From NCBI GenBank assembly GCA_002304995.1, contig DBPV01000097.1, positions 7,434 to 68,554 of the forward strand: DNA of 61,121 nt, given 5' to 3'. The notes below the pieces were generated by a model. That model did not search any database, was not told the DNA's origin, and worked only from the letters and a program-made list of their open reading frames with translations. Numbering within the stretch: the first letter of the stretch is position 1; each line of letters begins with the position of its first letter. Made by a program: the position numbers and the translations under genes. Below are positions 27,338-37,352 of the stretch, in pieces. The DNA comes from Syntrophaceae bacterium UBA1411 (GTDB taxonomy: Bacteria; Desulfobacterota; Syntrophia; Syntrophales; Smithellaceae).

Positions 27338-28948
27338 ATGAATCAGGACATTTTGCTTCAGTATCAGATCTTTTTGGTCATCGCTCCGGTGACCGTTGTT
27401 TTCCTGACCTTTCTTGCCGCTGTGATCTACAACGCCAGGCGGGCGGTGACGACCGCCTCTCCTCTGTTTTGGCTTTGCGTTTTGCTCATCGGCGCCATCG
27501 TCTGCAACGCCCTGGAGCAGGTCACGACGACTCCGGCGGGGACGATCCTCTTTGCCAAACTGACGTTTGGGTTTCTGACGGCCATTCCCGTGGTCTGGCT
27601 GGTGTTTGCCGTGCGCTATGAGGGGCAGGACGATTCCTTGCGGTTCCCGCGCCTTTTGCTTTTGTTTGCGCTGCCTCTCCTGTCCGGCATCCTTGTTGCG
27701 ACCAATGAGTGGCACGGTTTGATCTGGAGCCGCACCGATTATGTGCCGATCGGCCGCCTGCTCACCCTCCGCGTGGAGCACGGCTTCTGGTTTTATATCG
27801 CCGCCCTGTACAATTACGCGCTCATGCTCGGCGGCGCCTGGATCATTCTCCGGGCGTTTCTGCGCAGTTCCGGAATTTACCGCCGGCAGGCGTCCTGGGT
27901 CCTGGCGGGCGTTTTTCCCCCGCTGATCGGGAACATCGTTTATCTGTTCAATCTCTTTCCCGGTCTGGTTAAGGATTATACCTGTTGCGGCCTGTTTTTC
28001 TCCATGATCTGCTTTTACATCGGCACTTTCCGGTACCGGCTGCTCGAGCTGGTGCCGATTGCGCGCGCCATGATCATCGAACAGATGAGGGAAGGCGTCA
28101 TCATTATCGACTCCGACGCGACGATTCTGGACATCAATCCGCAGGCGCAGAAAATCGTCGCACCGGGACAACCGATCGGAGGGCGGTCTTTTGCCGATGT
28201 TGCATCGCTTTGCCCCGATCTTTACCGCGTCTGCGCGGAGATAATGGAGCGCCGGAAGACGGGTGAAAAATCCGCCCCGGACGGTCCGCTGGGCATTGAA
28301 TTATCCGACGGCGCTACGCAAAGGTATTTTGATGTCGAGTGTCTGCCGATCATCAGAAACCGCAGAAGCGTCGGAGAACTGATCACCCTTCATGATTCCA
28401 CGGACCGGGTGGCGCTGCTCAGACGCATCGAACAGCTGGCGCAGACGGATGAATTGACCGGCCTTTACAACCGGCGTTACTTCATGGAGTATGTGAAGTG
28501 CGAGATTGAAAGATCCAAACGCTACGGCAAGGCGCTGTCGATCGGCATCCTGGACATCGATTTTTTTAAAAGGGTAAACGACGCTTACGGCCATTCGGCC
28601 GGCGACGCGGTTCTGGCCCGCTTCGGAAAGATCCTCGCCTCTTCGCTCAGGGAGTCGGATGTGGTCGCCCGCCTGGGCGGCGAGGAATTCGGCGTACTGA
28701 TGCCGGAAACCTCCGCGTCCGCGGCGTACCGTGTCTGCTGCCGGCTTCGGGAACGCATCGAACAGCAGGCGGCCCTGCCGCCCGCCGCGCAGGAGGAGCA
28801 GAGCATTTCCTTCACCGTCAGCATCGGCGTGGCCGGCACGCAGGAAGATAATGCCGCGAATGTTTCCGACCTGTTTGAAAAAGCGGACAAGGCCCTGTAC
28901 CAATCGAAAAACAAGGGGCGCAACCGCGTCACGCTCTGGAAGGCTTAA
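27338..28948 (+). CDS. Diguanylate cyclase with N-terminal 7TM (HisKA_7TM-like) and PAS domains
   Basis: Seven hydrophobic segments, PAS, DELTGLYNRR, DIDFFKRVNDAYGH, RLGGEEF. Start re-set to ATG 27338. Confidence 0.92.
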   Translation: MNQDILLQYQIFLVIAPVTVVFLTFLAAVIYNARRAVTTASPLFWLCVLLIGAIVCNALEQVTTTPAGTILFAKLTFGFLTAIPVVWLVFAVRYEGQDDSLRFPRLLLLFALPLLSGILVATNEWHGLIWSRTDYVPIGRLLTLRVEHGFWFYIAALYNYALMLGGAWIILRAFLRSSGIYRRQASWVLAGVFPPLIGNIVYLFNLFPGLVKDYTCCGLFFSMICFYIGTFRYRLLELVPIARAMIIEQMREGVIIIDSDATILDINPQAQKIVAPGQPIGGRSFADVASLCPDLYRVCAEIMERRKTGEKSAPDGPLGIELSDGATQRYFDVECLPIIRNRRSVGELITLHDSTDRVALLRRIEQLAQTDELTGLYNRRYFMEYVKCEIERSKRYGKALSIGILDIDFFKRVNDAYGHSAGDAVLARFGKILASSLRESDVVARLGGEEFGVLMPETSASAAYRVCCRLRERIEQQAALPPAAQEEQSISFTVSIGVAGTQEDNAANVSDLFEKADKALYQSKNKGRNRVTLWKA

Positions 28949-28999
28949 TCCCTTTCTCGTCCGTTACCGGCCGGATCCGGCCGTTGTTCAGAAGGTTTT

Positions 29000-29035
29000 G
29001 TGCAAAGCCCGCCAAGGGGGAGGCGGGCTTTGCAC
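29000..29035. terminator. 14-bp perfect hairpin between convergent genes (probable bidirectional terminator)
   Basis: GTGCAAAGCCCGCC-AAGGGGGA-GGCGGGCTTTGCAC. Confidence 0.6.
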
Positions 29036-29091
29036 GTACGAAAGCGGTTTCGTCCGGCAGGAAAACTGACCGCCCGGGACCGGTTTCGGCT

Positions 29092-29574
29092 TCATCTTTC
29101 CAGGCAGGATTCCGTTCGGATAAGCAGCACGGGCACGCAGGCCTCGTGCAGAACCTTGATGGCCACGCTGCCCAGCATCATCTTTTTTCCCGAGCCCGGA
29201 TCGATGCCGATCCTTCCCGTGTAGCCGCGGGTAGCGATGAGAATCAGATCGATTTTGGCGTTTTGCGCATAGTCGGAAATCAGGCTGGCGGGCCGGTTGC
29301 CCTCCAAAAGCGCGATATCCGCTTGGATTCCCCCGGCGCGCAGATCGTCTTTGATGTCGGACAGGTACTGCCGGGCTTCGTTTTCGGCTCTTTTGCGCAG
29401 TTCGACGTATCCGGGGTGGCCGTGCAGGTTCCGAAATTCCGGATAATCCACCCAGAACACCTTGAGCAGGGTGACCTCGCCGGAGAATCCGCTCTTCACC
29501 AGTTTCTTGATATGCGGCAATGCGTATTCCGCAAGTTCCGATCCGTCCAGAGGAACCAGGATTTTCTTGTACAT
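29092..29574 (-). CDS. Universal stress protein (UspA family)
   Basis: YKKILVPLDGSELAE, DLILIATRG, MLGSVA-x-KVL...PVLLI. Confidence 0.93.
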   Translation of the reverse strand: MYKKILVPLDGSELAEYALPHIKKLVKSGFSGEVTLLKVFWVDYPEFRNLHGHPGYVELRKRAENEARQYLSDIKDDLRAGGIQADIALLEGNRPASLISDYAQNAKIDLILIATRGYTGRIGIDPGSGKKMMLGSVAIKVLHEACVPVLLIRTESCLER

Positions 29575-29844
29575 GTTCGGCCGTCTCCTTTCGAGGATTT
29601 TGTGCCCGGAAAAATGAATGTCCGGCGGCCGGTCTGGATTAGCGCCGGCCGTGTGTCTGTCTGATATCCGCGCCGCGGTTCATTTTCTTTTCCGCGGCCG
29701 GCAAGGTTTTTGCCGGCGGACGCGGCCGGTTGTCCAGTCGGACGGTACCGGCCGGAGCATTGCCGTGCCGGCCCGATTCGTGGACGGATTGCAGAACGGA
29801 TAAGCGACTCATGATGCCTGCCTTTCCCGGGAACAATCCCGTTT

Positions 29845-30936
29845 TCATGATGCGGGCTCTGCCGCGGCCGCGAGCTGGTTGATCGATTCGAGAGTGCGAA
29901 AAGACGCGTAGCTTTCCTGATGATAGGGAAAATCCCAGGAGCCGCTGCGATGGACGATTTTCCCGCCGAAGCCGGTTTTAAACCGGTACAGGCCGTAAAA
30001 CGGATGGCTCGAATCCGGACCGGGCGAAACGGCGCCCATATCGTAGGTGAGGCACCCTTTATTTCGCGCCAGCCTGATGGCGTCCCAGTGCAGGGCGTAG
30101 GGTCCCATCAGATCCCGCCGCTCGCCGGCGGAGGCGCCGTACAGATACAAGGCCTGGCGTCCCGCAATAACGAAGATTCCGCCGGCGAGGATATCCGAGC
30201 CTCTGGCGGCCAGAAGAAAAATGGTTTCAGACGGTCCGCGGCCGGGCGCGCCGGCGGAAAACAGCGCGGCAAAGGAGCTGTAGGCGCAGGTCGCAAAGCC
30301 GTTCCGTTTTGCCGTCTGAAGATACAGATCGTAAAAAAGCGGCAGCTTGTCGAAGGGCGCGCGAAAGACCGAGACGCCCTTTTTCCGCGCCAGACGGATG
30401 TCGTAACGGGTCTTGGATTTCATGCCCGCGAAAATCTTTTCCACGGGCGGGCGCAGGTCGATCACCAGCGCATCGGCAACAGTGAGATCCAGAGTGGCTT
30501 TGCGCAAATTCCAGGTGCGGGTCCCGAAGTTCATGCGCAGCTCCCGAAGCGGCGGGGCCGGATGTCCCGGCCAGGGCTCTCCTTTCGGGGCATCAGAGGC
30601 ATATGGCGATGTCCAGGGAAGATCGTAGCGGACGAAGGCGACGGAAGAATCCAGATGCTTTGCGAGCGCCAGCGACAACGCCTCCAGGAAAAGGCCCTGC
30701 TGTTCCGGTTCCGGGCCGGCTTCGGGACCCTGGGGAACGTAAGCGACGCCCGGTCCGGAGTCGAGCGTCCTGGTCAGCAGCAGAACGTCGCCTGCCTGAC
30801 CTGTCGATGAGCGATAATCAAAAGCGGCCGGCTGCCAGCCGAGGCGGGATTTGACCTCGCTCCAATAGGCCGTTTGAAACGGAATGTCGGTGGGCAGGAG
30901 GGCGGATACTTTTTTGGGCTGTAGGTCGATGTTCAT
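29845..30936 (-). CDS. FemAB/FemX-like peptidoglycan bridge or GNAT aminoacyltransferase
   Basis: FQTAYW, YVPQGP, MKSKTRYDIRLARKKGV, YLYGAS, YDMG, GLYRFKTGFGG. Start re-set to 30936. Confidence 0.85.
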   Translation of the reverse strand: MNIDLQPKKVSALLPTDIPFQTAYWSEVKSRLGWQPAAFDYRSSTGQAGDVLLLTRTLDSGPGVAYVPQGPEAGPEPEQQGLFLEALSLALAKHLDSSVAFVRYDLPWTSPYASDAPKGEPWPGHPAPPLRELRMNFGTRTWNLRKATLDLTVADALVIDLRPPVEKIFAGMKSKTRYDIRLARKKGVSVFRAPFDKLPLFYDLYLQTAKRNGFATCAYSSFAALFSAGAPGRGPSETIFLLAARGSDILAGGIFVIAGRQALYLYGASAGERRDLMGPYALHWDAIRLARNKGCLTYDMGAVSPGPDSSHPFYGLYRFKTGFGGKIVHRSGSWDFPYHQESYASFRTLESINQLAAAAEPAS

Positions 30937-31143
30937 CTGCACTTCCGTAGTTTCGTTATTTTTGGGGTATCTCGTCCGGAAACAGCGCCACGCGCGGTTT
31001 CTCGTCGGTTGATTTACAGAGTCCTTTTGACAAACAATGTACGGAATCGGCCGCCTCTTGTAAATGCTGAAAGAATGCACTTGAATTGCCTATAAAATAT
31101 GGGTAATGTCAGTTTCGCTCATTGGCGGCGGGAGGGGATAAGG

Positions 31144-32028
31144 ATGGAAAGAAAAGACGGCGTTGAAATTGCTTTGCAGGAACGGATCAAGGAATTGAAC
31201 TGTTTGTACAAAATGGCGCGCCTGGCGGAAATCCACTATGATTCTCTGGAAGAATTTCTGAAATCGCTTGTCGACTTTCTTCCGCAGTCATGGCGCTATG
31301 AAGACGTTGCCTGCGCGCGCATTGTCTTCCGGGGCGAGACGTATGAAAGCCAAAAGTTTGCGTGGACCGAATGGCGGCAATCCGCACAAATCCGCGCCGG
31401 CGGCGAAGCCGCGGGCGATGTGACGATTCTGTATGTCCAGGAGCGGCCGGCGGCGGATGAAGGACCGTTTCTCCGTGAAGAAAGAGCCCTGCTGGAGGCC
31501 ATCGCCCAGCGGATCGGCGAAATTGCCGTCCGGGTTCTTGCCCGACAGGAGCTGCAGGAGTACAACCGGCAGCTTCTTTTGGAAAGAAAGGCGCTGCAGG
31601 AGGCAAATGCGGCGCTACGCGTCGTCCTGTCCAACATCGAAGAGGAAAAAAGACGGATTTACGAAAATATTCAGATGAATATCGACAAGGTTGTCATGCC
31701 GGTTCTTTCCGCGCTCGCGCCCGCCGTGCCGGAAAACAAACTTAAGTACGTGGAGATTTTGCACAACAGTCTCTACGAAATTCCTTCTCCGTTTGTCGAG
31801 CGGGGCGCGGAAGTGTTTCGCACCCTGACGCCCGCGGAGGTGGACATCTGCAATATGATCCGCAACGGCATGCGCTCCAAGGAAATCGCCCGGCTGCGGG
31901 GCGTTTCCGAGGCGACCGTTCATCGGCACCGTGAACACATCCGCCGGAAATTCAAGATCGCCAACGAGCCGGTCAACCTGACGGCTTATCTCCAGTCGCG
32001 CCTGGGAACGGCAAAGAAAGGTTCCTGA
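31144..32028 (+). CDS. LuxR-type HTH transcriptional regulator with an N-terminal GAF-like domain
   Basis: LQERIKELNCLY...ACARI sensory region; LTPAEVDICNMIRNGMRSKEIARLRGVSEATVHRHREHIRRK HTH. Confidence 0.88.
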   Translation: MERKDGVEIALQERIKELNCLYKMARLAEIHYDSLEEFLKSLVDFLPQSWRYEDVACARIVFRGETYESQKFAWTEWRQSAQIRAGGEAAGDVTILYVQERPAADEGPFLREERALLEAIAQRIGEIAVRVLARQELQEYNRQLLLERKALQEANAALRVVLSNIEEEKRRIYENIQMNIDKVVMPVLSALAPAVPENKLKYVEILHNSLYEIPSPFVERGAEVFRTLTPAEVDICNMIRNGMRSKEIARLRGVSEATVHRHREHIRRKFKIANEPVNLTAYLQSRLGTAKKGS

Positions 32029-32124
32029 ACAGCCGTTTCCCGCACGGCGAATTTCCGTTTTGCCGATTGCGGAAAGCGGATGTCCTCTGGCCGGCGCCGG
32101 GAGCTTCGCTGCCCGATGTTTTTC

Positions 32125-33270
32125 TCATTTGAAGGCGCCGAAGCCGGTGTAGGTCGGGACGTCCAGATCCTCGCGGCCGCCCCGCATCGGATGGGCCGCC
32201 TCCCAGTCGACCCGGCCGTCCCAGGCGCCGGTTACGGCCCAGGCATTGACGTCCGAATCGCAAGGCGAGACCGGGCAGATGCCGGTTTCGGGGATAACCT
32301 CGCTGGGAATAAGCGCATAGCCGTAAATCAACGCCAGCACGACCAGGAGCGGCGATCCGTCGGCGGTCATTTCCCGGGCCACAAAATAATGGTCCGCGGC
32401 GGCGTAGTTGAGATCGCAGCAGTTGGCCTGGCATGAGTTGCGCTGGGCGATGACGTGCCCAAGTGCGCCGCTCACGTCGTTGCCGGAAAAAGCCATGGCT
32501 TCGTCGATGATCCGCTGTGTTCTGGCGTCATCCACCGGCGTCCAGGAATTGCAGGTATACGTGCACTGAAGGGTCGTTGTCTGTGCCGGGCCGTCCTCCA
32601 GGGCATGGGCGATTTCATGCGCGAGCAGCGTTTTGCCCTCGCGGCTCGCGGGCGAAAAGGCTCCGTCGCCGAATACAAGGTCGCGGCCGAGGCAGAAGGC
32701 TCTGGCGCCGACGGCGTTTGCCGCCCGGACTGCCTGTTCGTCCGTGTGGATGCGCAGGAAACCGAGGTCGTATCCGAAGCGCGGTTCGAAGAAGGACCGC
32801 AGGGCATCCGGCAGCGCCCGTCCCGCTCCCAGCGAATGAATTTCGGCTTCGGCCGCCGGGCTCACGGCCAGACCTTCGCTTCCGCTATCGCCGGCCTTCC
32901 GGTGCGGACGGTTTTGTTGTCCGCCGTCGAGCGGCATTTTTTCAAAAGCGTCGGACCTGTTCATGACGTCATCGGCGATGCGTCTGGCTTCCCGCTCGCC
33001 AAAGCTTTCGGAGCGGCCGGCCTTGAGGCTTGCGTGGATGCGGATGGGGCAGGCGTGGCAGGCGCCGCCGAACGGACAGGAGCGCGGCGCCGGAAGCGGA
33101 CAGAGAGAATCTTTTGTGTCTTGCGGATAGACCGCGACGTCGTTGAAGCGGTGATGGACCGTAAAAGAAGCCGAGGCGGCTTTCGGAACTCCGCTTGACC
33201 GCGCGGAAAGCGGACCGGCCGTCCGTCCGGTTTCATGCCTTTGCTGGACAGTGACTGCTTTTTGATGCAT
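32125..33270 (-). CDS. eCIS core domain (DUF4157) protein with an uncharacterised Cys-rich C-terminal domain
   Basis: Start ATG 33270 after GAGGTG; LPDALRSFFEPRFGYDLGFLRIHTD...ARAFCLGRDLVF...LLAHEIAHA (HExxH) followed by LQC. Confidence 0.8.
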   Translation of the reverse strand: MHQKAVTVQQRHETGRTAGPLSARSSGVPKAASASFTVHHRFNDVAVYPQDTKDSLCPLPAPRSCPFGGACHACPIRIHASLKAGRSESFGEREARRIADDVMNRSDAFEKMPLDGGQQNRPHRKAGDSGSEGLAVSPAAEAEIHSLGAGRALPDALRSFFEPRFGYDLGFLRIHTDEQAVRAANAVGARAFCLGRDLVFGDGAFSPASREGKTLLAHEIAHALEDGPAQTTTLQCTYTCNSWTPVDDARTQRIIDEAMAFSGNDVSGALGHVIAQRNSCQANCCDLNYAAADHYFVAREMTADGSPLLVVLALIYGYALIPSEVIPETGICPVSPCDSDVNAWAVTGAWDGRVDWEAAHPMRGGREDLDVPTYTGFGAFK

Positions 33271-33665
33271 CGGACACCTCCTTTTAAAAAACGGCGACGA
33301 AAATTTCAGGAAAAGAGCCATGGGCGCTTTGGCATTGCGCTGCGCCCGCCAAACAGCCCCGGGACAGCCCGGATCAAAAGTTTGTGCCGGAAACAGCGTC
33401 GCGCCATCGGAGTCAGGCTCTGGTAAGCCAGGTTCCTGCCGCAGGATGATCGATGATCGGTAGAGACAATAAGATTGAGAAATTCTTGTTGACCTTTTGG
33501 GCCGGTTCGTCAAGTGCAATTTTTTAAAGCGCCGGACGCTTTCTGCGGACGTTTCGGGGCAGCGGATTTTTTTGCGCCGTTTCAGCGGCGGTTGCGGCTC
33601 ACCTGCTTTCGGATGACCGTGAGGCCGTGGTGGTATTTTCCACAAAAATAAAGTAAGAAGCGCGC

Positions 33666-34664
33666 ATGAAAAACACACGCACAGCACAGGATATTTTGCA
33701 ATTGGCCCGCGGATTCATGGAAAGCCGGCTTCTTTTGACCGCCGCCGAGTTGAATCTTTTCACGCTGCTTGACGAGGCGCCGGCAACCGCCGCAGCGCTG
33801 GCCGGACGTCTGCCCGCCGACTTACGGGGGCTCACGATTCTGCTCGACGCCCTTGCGGCAATGGGGCTTATGATGAAAACGCCGGACGGCGCCTATCGCC
33901 CGGCGTCCGATGCCGCGGTGTATCTGAACGAAAAAAGCCCGCAGTCGGTGCTGCCGATGGTCCTGCATGCAAACTCCCTGTGGAAAAGCTGGTCGAGCCT
34001 CACCACGAAGGTGACGGGCAGCGAACCGTTTGCGATCCCCCCGGCGGAGATCCGCTCCGCCGAAGAGATTCAGGCATTTATCGGCGCCATGCACGTGGTG
34101 GGCCTGCCGATGGCGCGTCAAATCGTCAAGGCCGTTGCAATCGAAAACGCCAGGAACCTGATCGATGTGGGCGGCGCGTCCGGCACGTACACGATAGCCT
34201 TTCTTTCGGCCGCGCCCTACATGAGAGCGACGCTGTTCGACCGGCCCGCGGTGATCGACCTGGCGCGCGAACGCCTTGCCGCAGAAGGCCTGATAAGCCG
34301 GGTTCGCCTGGTCGCGGGAGATTTTTACACGGACGAACTGCCCGGCGGGCATGATCTGGCGCTCGTTTCCGCCATCATCCATCAGAACGGCCCCGCGCAA
34401 AACGTCGATCTCTTCCGGAAGGTCTGCCGCGCCCTGGTTTCCGGAGGGCGGATCATCATCCGGGATCACATCATGGCGCCGGACCGCGTCACGCCCGAAG
34501 AGGGCGCGTTTTTTGCGGTCAATATGCTGGTGAATACACAGGCGGGATCGACGTACACGTTTGCCGAAATCCGGTCCTGGCTTGAGGAAGCGGGATTCGT
34601 CAACGTGCGCCTGGTGCAAACCGGCAGCCGCATGGACGGTCTGATCGAAGCCGCCGTCCCCTGA
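33666..34664 (+). CDS. SAM-dependent O-methyltransferase (dimerisation domain + Methyltransf_2)
   Basis: LIDVGGASG, LFDRPAV, VAGDFY, SAIIH, GGRIIIRD. Confidence 0.88.
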   Translation: MKNTRTAQDILQLARGFMESRLLLTAAELNLFTLLDEAPATAAALAGRLPADLRGLTILLDALAAMGLMMKTPDGAYRPASDAAVYLNEKSPQSVLPMVLHANSLWKSWSSLTTKVTGSEPFAIPPAEIRSAEEIQAFIGAMHVVGLPMARQIVKAVAIENARNLIDVGGASGTYTIAFLSAAPYMRATLFDRPAVIDLARERLAAEGLISRVRLVAGDFYTDELPGGHDLALVSAIIHQNGPAQNVDLFRKVCRALVSGGRIIIRDHIMAPDRVTPEEGAFFAVNMLVNTQAGSTYTFAEIRSWLEEAGFVNVRLVQTGSRMDGLIEAAVP

Positions 34665-34684
34665 CGGCCGCCGGTCGGTAAATG

Positions 34685-36247
34685 TTAAAACTTGGTCGGC
34701 CAGTTGGCCAGCAGATGCCGGCCGATGCCGGCCGTGCGTCTGTCCTCGCAAATGTCCAGCGCCCGGATGATGTAATTGCGCGTGTCGCGCGGATCGATCA
34801 CGTCGTGGAAGAAATGCGCGCCGACCGCCGAATAGGGGGCGCTGTCGCGAACCATTTCCGCAATATACGTGTCCCTCTGGGCCTGGAGCTCGGGCGAACC
34901 GGCCATCTTTCCGGCAAACACGATATTGGCCGCGATTTCCGGCGCGACAAAGCTCACTTCCGCCGTGGGCCAGGCGACGATGAAATCGGTCCGGCAGCCG
35001 GGGCCGGCCATCGTATGAAACGCCATGCCGTAAGCCTTGCGGACAATCACCGTGATTTTGGGAACGGTGATCTGCCCCAGGGCGTTCATGAAGTTCATCA
35101 CCCTGGCGCCGACGCGGTTGCGCTCCGCTTCCCGGCCGACCAGGAAGCCCGGCGTGTCTTCGAAAAAGAGCAGGGGAATGTTGAAGGAGTCGCACAACAC
35201 CAGGAAACTGATGATCTTGTCGATGCCGTTGGTGTCGATCGCTCCCGCGCCGAATGCCGGTTGATTGGCGACGAAGCCCACCACCCGGCCGTCAATGCGT
35301 CCGAGCGTCGTGATCACGCTTTTGGCGAAATCGGGCTTTATGGGAAACAGAAGGCCGCCGTCGGCAATCGTCTTTAAAATTTTGTTCATGTCGTAGGCGC
35401 GGTTCCTTTTTTCGGGCAGAATGCTGAGAATCTTGTCCATGGCAGCGCCGGACCCCTCGGGAACGGGAAGCACGGGCGGCTTTTCATCGCAGTGCGAGGG
35501 CATGTAGGACAGGTATTCACGGATGATGTCCATGCACGCTTCGTCGTTTTCGGCCACGCGGTCGATGTTGCCGGTGATTTCAGCGTGGACCTTCCAGCCG
35601 CCGAGTTCTTCATCCGTGATCTTTTCGCCGATCGCCAGCTCCAGCACCCGGGGGCCGGAGACGCCCATGGCGCTGCCTTTTACCTGCACGACGAAATCCG
35701 ACAGGCAGGCCATCCACGTCGGCATGCCGTAGCATTCCCCCATGATGGCGGTGACGAGCGGAGAGCGGCGCACGCGGCTCATCGCCTCCACGAACGTGTC
35801 GTAGCCGCCGCCGCCGTAAGAGGCCAGGCCTCTGGCGCCCATGATGTCCGGCATCCGCGCGCCGCCTGCTTCTCCCAGATAAATGAGCGGAAAGCCCCGG
35901 CGCACGGCTTCGCTTTTGATATCCACTTCCTTGCGCGCGGCAATCCGGCTGCTGGTGGCCGCGAGCACCGTAAAGTCGTTGGCGATGACGGCCACGGGCC
36001 GGCCGTCAATTTTGCCGTAACCTCCCACCTTGCCGTCCGCGGGGGTTTTTTCCTCCATGCCCGGCATGTCCGAGTGATTGAGTATTCCGACTTCCAGGAA
36101 GGTGCCGGGATCGAGCAGACGCGGAATCCGCTCCCGCGCGGTCAGTTTTTTCTTGTCGTGCTGAATTTTGATTTTGGCGGGTCCGCCCATCTGCCGGGCC
36201 TTTTCTTTGCGCTTTTCCAGGTGCTCCAGTTCTTTTTCAAAGGGCAT
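34685..36247 (-). CDS. Acyl-CoA carboxylase/decarboxylase carboxyltransferase subunit (PccB/MmdA/12S-like)
   Basis: LTARERIPRLLDPGTF, DGKVGGYGKIDGR, NDFTV, GGARM, DTPGFLVG, RKAYG, AWPTAEV, DVIDP. Alternative start 36271. Confidence 0.88.
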   Translation of the reverse strand: MPFEKELEHLEKRKEKARQMGGPAKIKIQHDKKKLTARERIPRLLDPGTFLEVGILNHSDMPGMEEKTPADGKVGGYGKIDGRPVAVIANDFTVLAATSSRIAARKEVDIKSEAVRRGFPLIYLGEAGGARMPDIMGARGLASYGGGGYDTFVEAMSRVRRSPLVTAIMGECYGMPTWMACLSDFVVQVKGSAMGVSGPRVLELAIGEKITDEELGGWKVHAEITGNIDRVAENDEACMDIIREYLSYMPSHCDEKPPVLPVPEGSGAAMDKILSILPEKRNRAYDMNKILKTIADGGLLFPIKPDFAKSVITTLGRIDGRVVGFVANQPAFGAGAIDTNGIDKIISFLVLCDSFNIPLLFFEDTPGFLVGREAERNRVGARVMNFMNALGQITVPKITVIVRKAYGMAFHTMAGPGCRTDFIVAWPTAEVSFVAPEIAANIVFAGKMAGSPELQAQRDTYIAEMVRDSAPYSAVGAHFFHDVIDPRDTRNYIIRALDICEDRRTAGIGRHLLANWPTKF

Positions 36248-36488
36248 GTTCTTTTCCTCGTCTTGCTTCAATATTTGACCGATCCGGCGATGGTCGGGCC
36301 GGATCAGTCAGGCGCCTGAATTCATACCCTCGAAAATTTTTTTATGTCAAGCAAATGTACAGGAAATGCGCAATCATACGGTGAAACAAGCGTTTAGCGA
36401 GGATTCCCTGGATGGGTGTGCGGCGTTCTTTCCACTGCGAATGACCAATAGGTGCAGGGAACGGTCGCGACCGTTCCCTCATTTTTCC

Positions 36489-37220
36489 TTATTTGCGGTC
36501 GGGGTCGTAGGCGGCAGCCAGTTCCGGATGCGTTTGCAGATGCTGCTGCGCCCGTTCGACCTTCTGATCCAGCGACAACTCCTCGTCCTTTTCTATCGCC
36601 ATCAGATAAAGCAACTGGAGAGACTGTTTTTCCTCTTCGGCGTAAAAAGCGGATGCCACGTCTGCGCCGAAATACGCCAGACGCAAATCATGCATTCCTT
36701 TGAAGCGCTCGATGACTTCTTCGAGGGTTGCCGGCTGCTCGTCCGGAGGATAGCTTATTTTCACATTCCGCGTATAGTTAACGAAATAATCCAGCAGATT
36801 GGCAACCTGACGCTGCGCCGAATCGGGAAGCACCTTTGACAGCTTCTGCATTTTTTCCGCTAATTCGTCGGGTGTGTTGAGCGCGCATAACTTTTCGATG
36901 TTGAGGCGCGTTTTTTCATTGAGTACAAGATTGCCGTGCGCGTCGGCCGAAAACATGGCGTAGATTTCTTCCTTTTCAGCCGCTTCTTTTTTTTCTTTGG
37001 CCTCAGGCTGCAAGACGGCCGCAACAGCCTTGCAATCCGCGGAGCTGCATGCGGTGATCCTGTTTTCCGGCGGCTGATGCTTTGTGTGCGTGGAAAGTAC
37101 ATGCCTGGCGACGCTTCTGTACTGCGCCAGTGGCGGGGACTCGCGATCCCGCGTAAGGTAGCCTGCCGCTCCTCCGGCAACCAGCACAACCAGCAGCAGC
37201 CATATCCATTTGCCCTTCAT
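36489..37220 (-). CDS. Lipase secretion chaperone (Lif/foldase)-like protein
   Basis: N-terminal TM anchor (WIWLLLVVLVAGG), low-complexity linker, then all-helical region with LRLAYFGADVASAFYAEEE and IEKDEELSLDQK, resembling the Lif C-terminal motif; follows the hydrolase gene. Start could be 37244 or 37268. Confidence 0.65.
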   Translation of the reverse strand: MKGKWIWLLLVVLVAGGAAGYLTRDRESPPLAQYRSVARHVLSTHTKHQPPENRITACSSADCKAVAAVLQPEAKEKKEAAEKEEIYAMFSADAHGNLVLNEKTRLNIEKLCALNTPDELAEKMQKLSKVLPDSAQRQVANLLDYFVNYTRNVKISYPPDEQPATLEEVIERFKGMHDLRLAYFGADVASAFYAEEEKQSLQLLYLMAIEKDEELSLDQKVERAQQHLQTHPELAAAYDPDRK

Positions 37221-37297
37221 GAAGCTTGCTTTCTCGATGAGCATGGGAAGAATATTCTCCTTTGTCAAGTGTCCCGATCTTTGGCCGAGGGCGGCAC

Positions 37298-37330
37298 AAA
37301 CGCGCCGGATCGGGGCGATCCGGCGCGTTT
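37298..37330. other. 15-bp perfect hairpin between the hydrolase and chaperone genes (partial terminator or mRNA stabiliser)
   Basis: AAACGCGCCGGATCG-GGG-CGATCCGGCGCGTTT. Confidence 0.55.
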
Positions 37331-37352
37331 CGTGTTTCCCGTTTTCCGCCTT

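Noticed and set aside
32125-33687. 520-aa version of the DUF4157 ORF and other over-extended starts (e.g. 22224-24431, 37353-38324, 9916-11589)
   Set aside because: The upstream extensions overlap neighbouring genes or promoters and lack an RBS; downstream ATGs with Shine-Dalgarno sequences fit the family N-termini.
31099-34664. eCIS or T6SS structural gene cluster around the DUF4157 gene
   Set aside because: Neighbours are a LuxR regulator and a methyltransferase; no sheath, tube, baseplate or spike genes.
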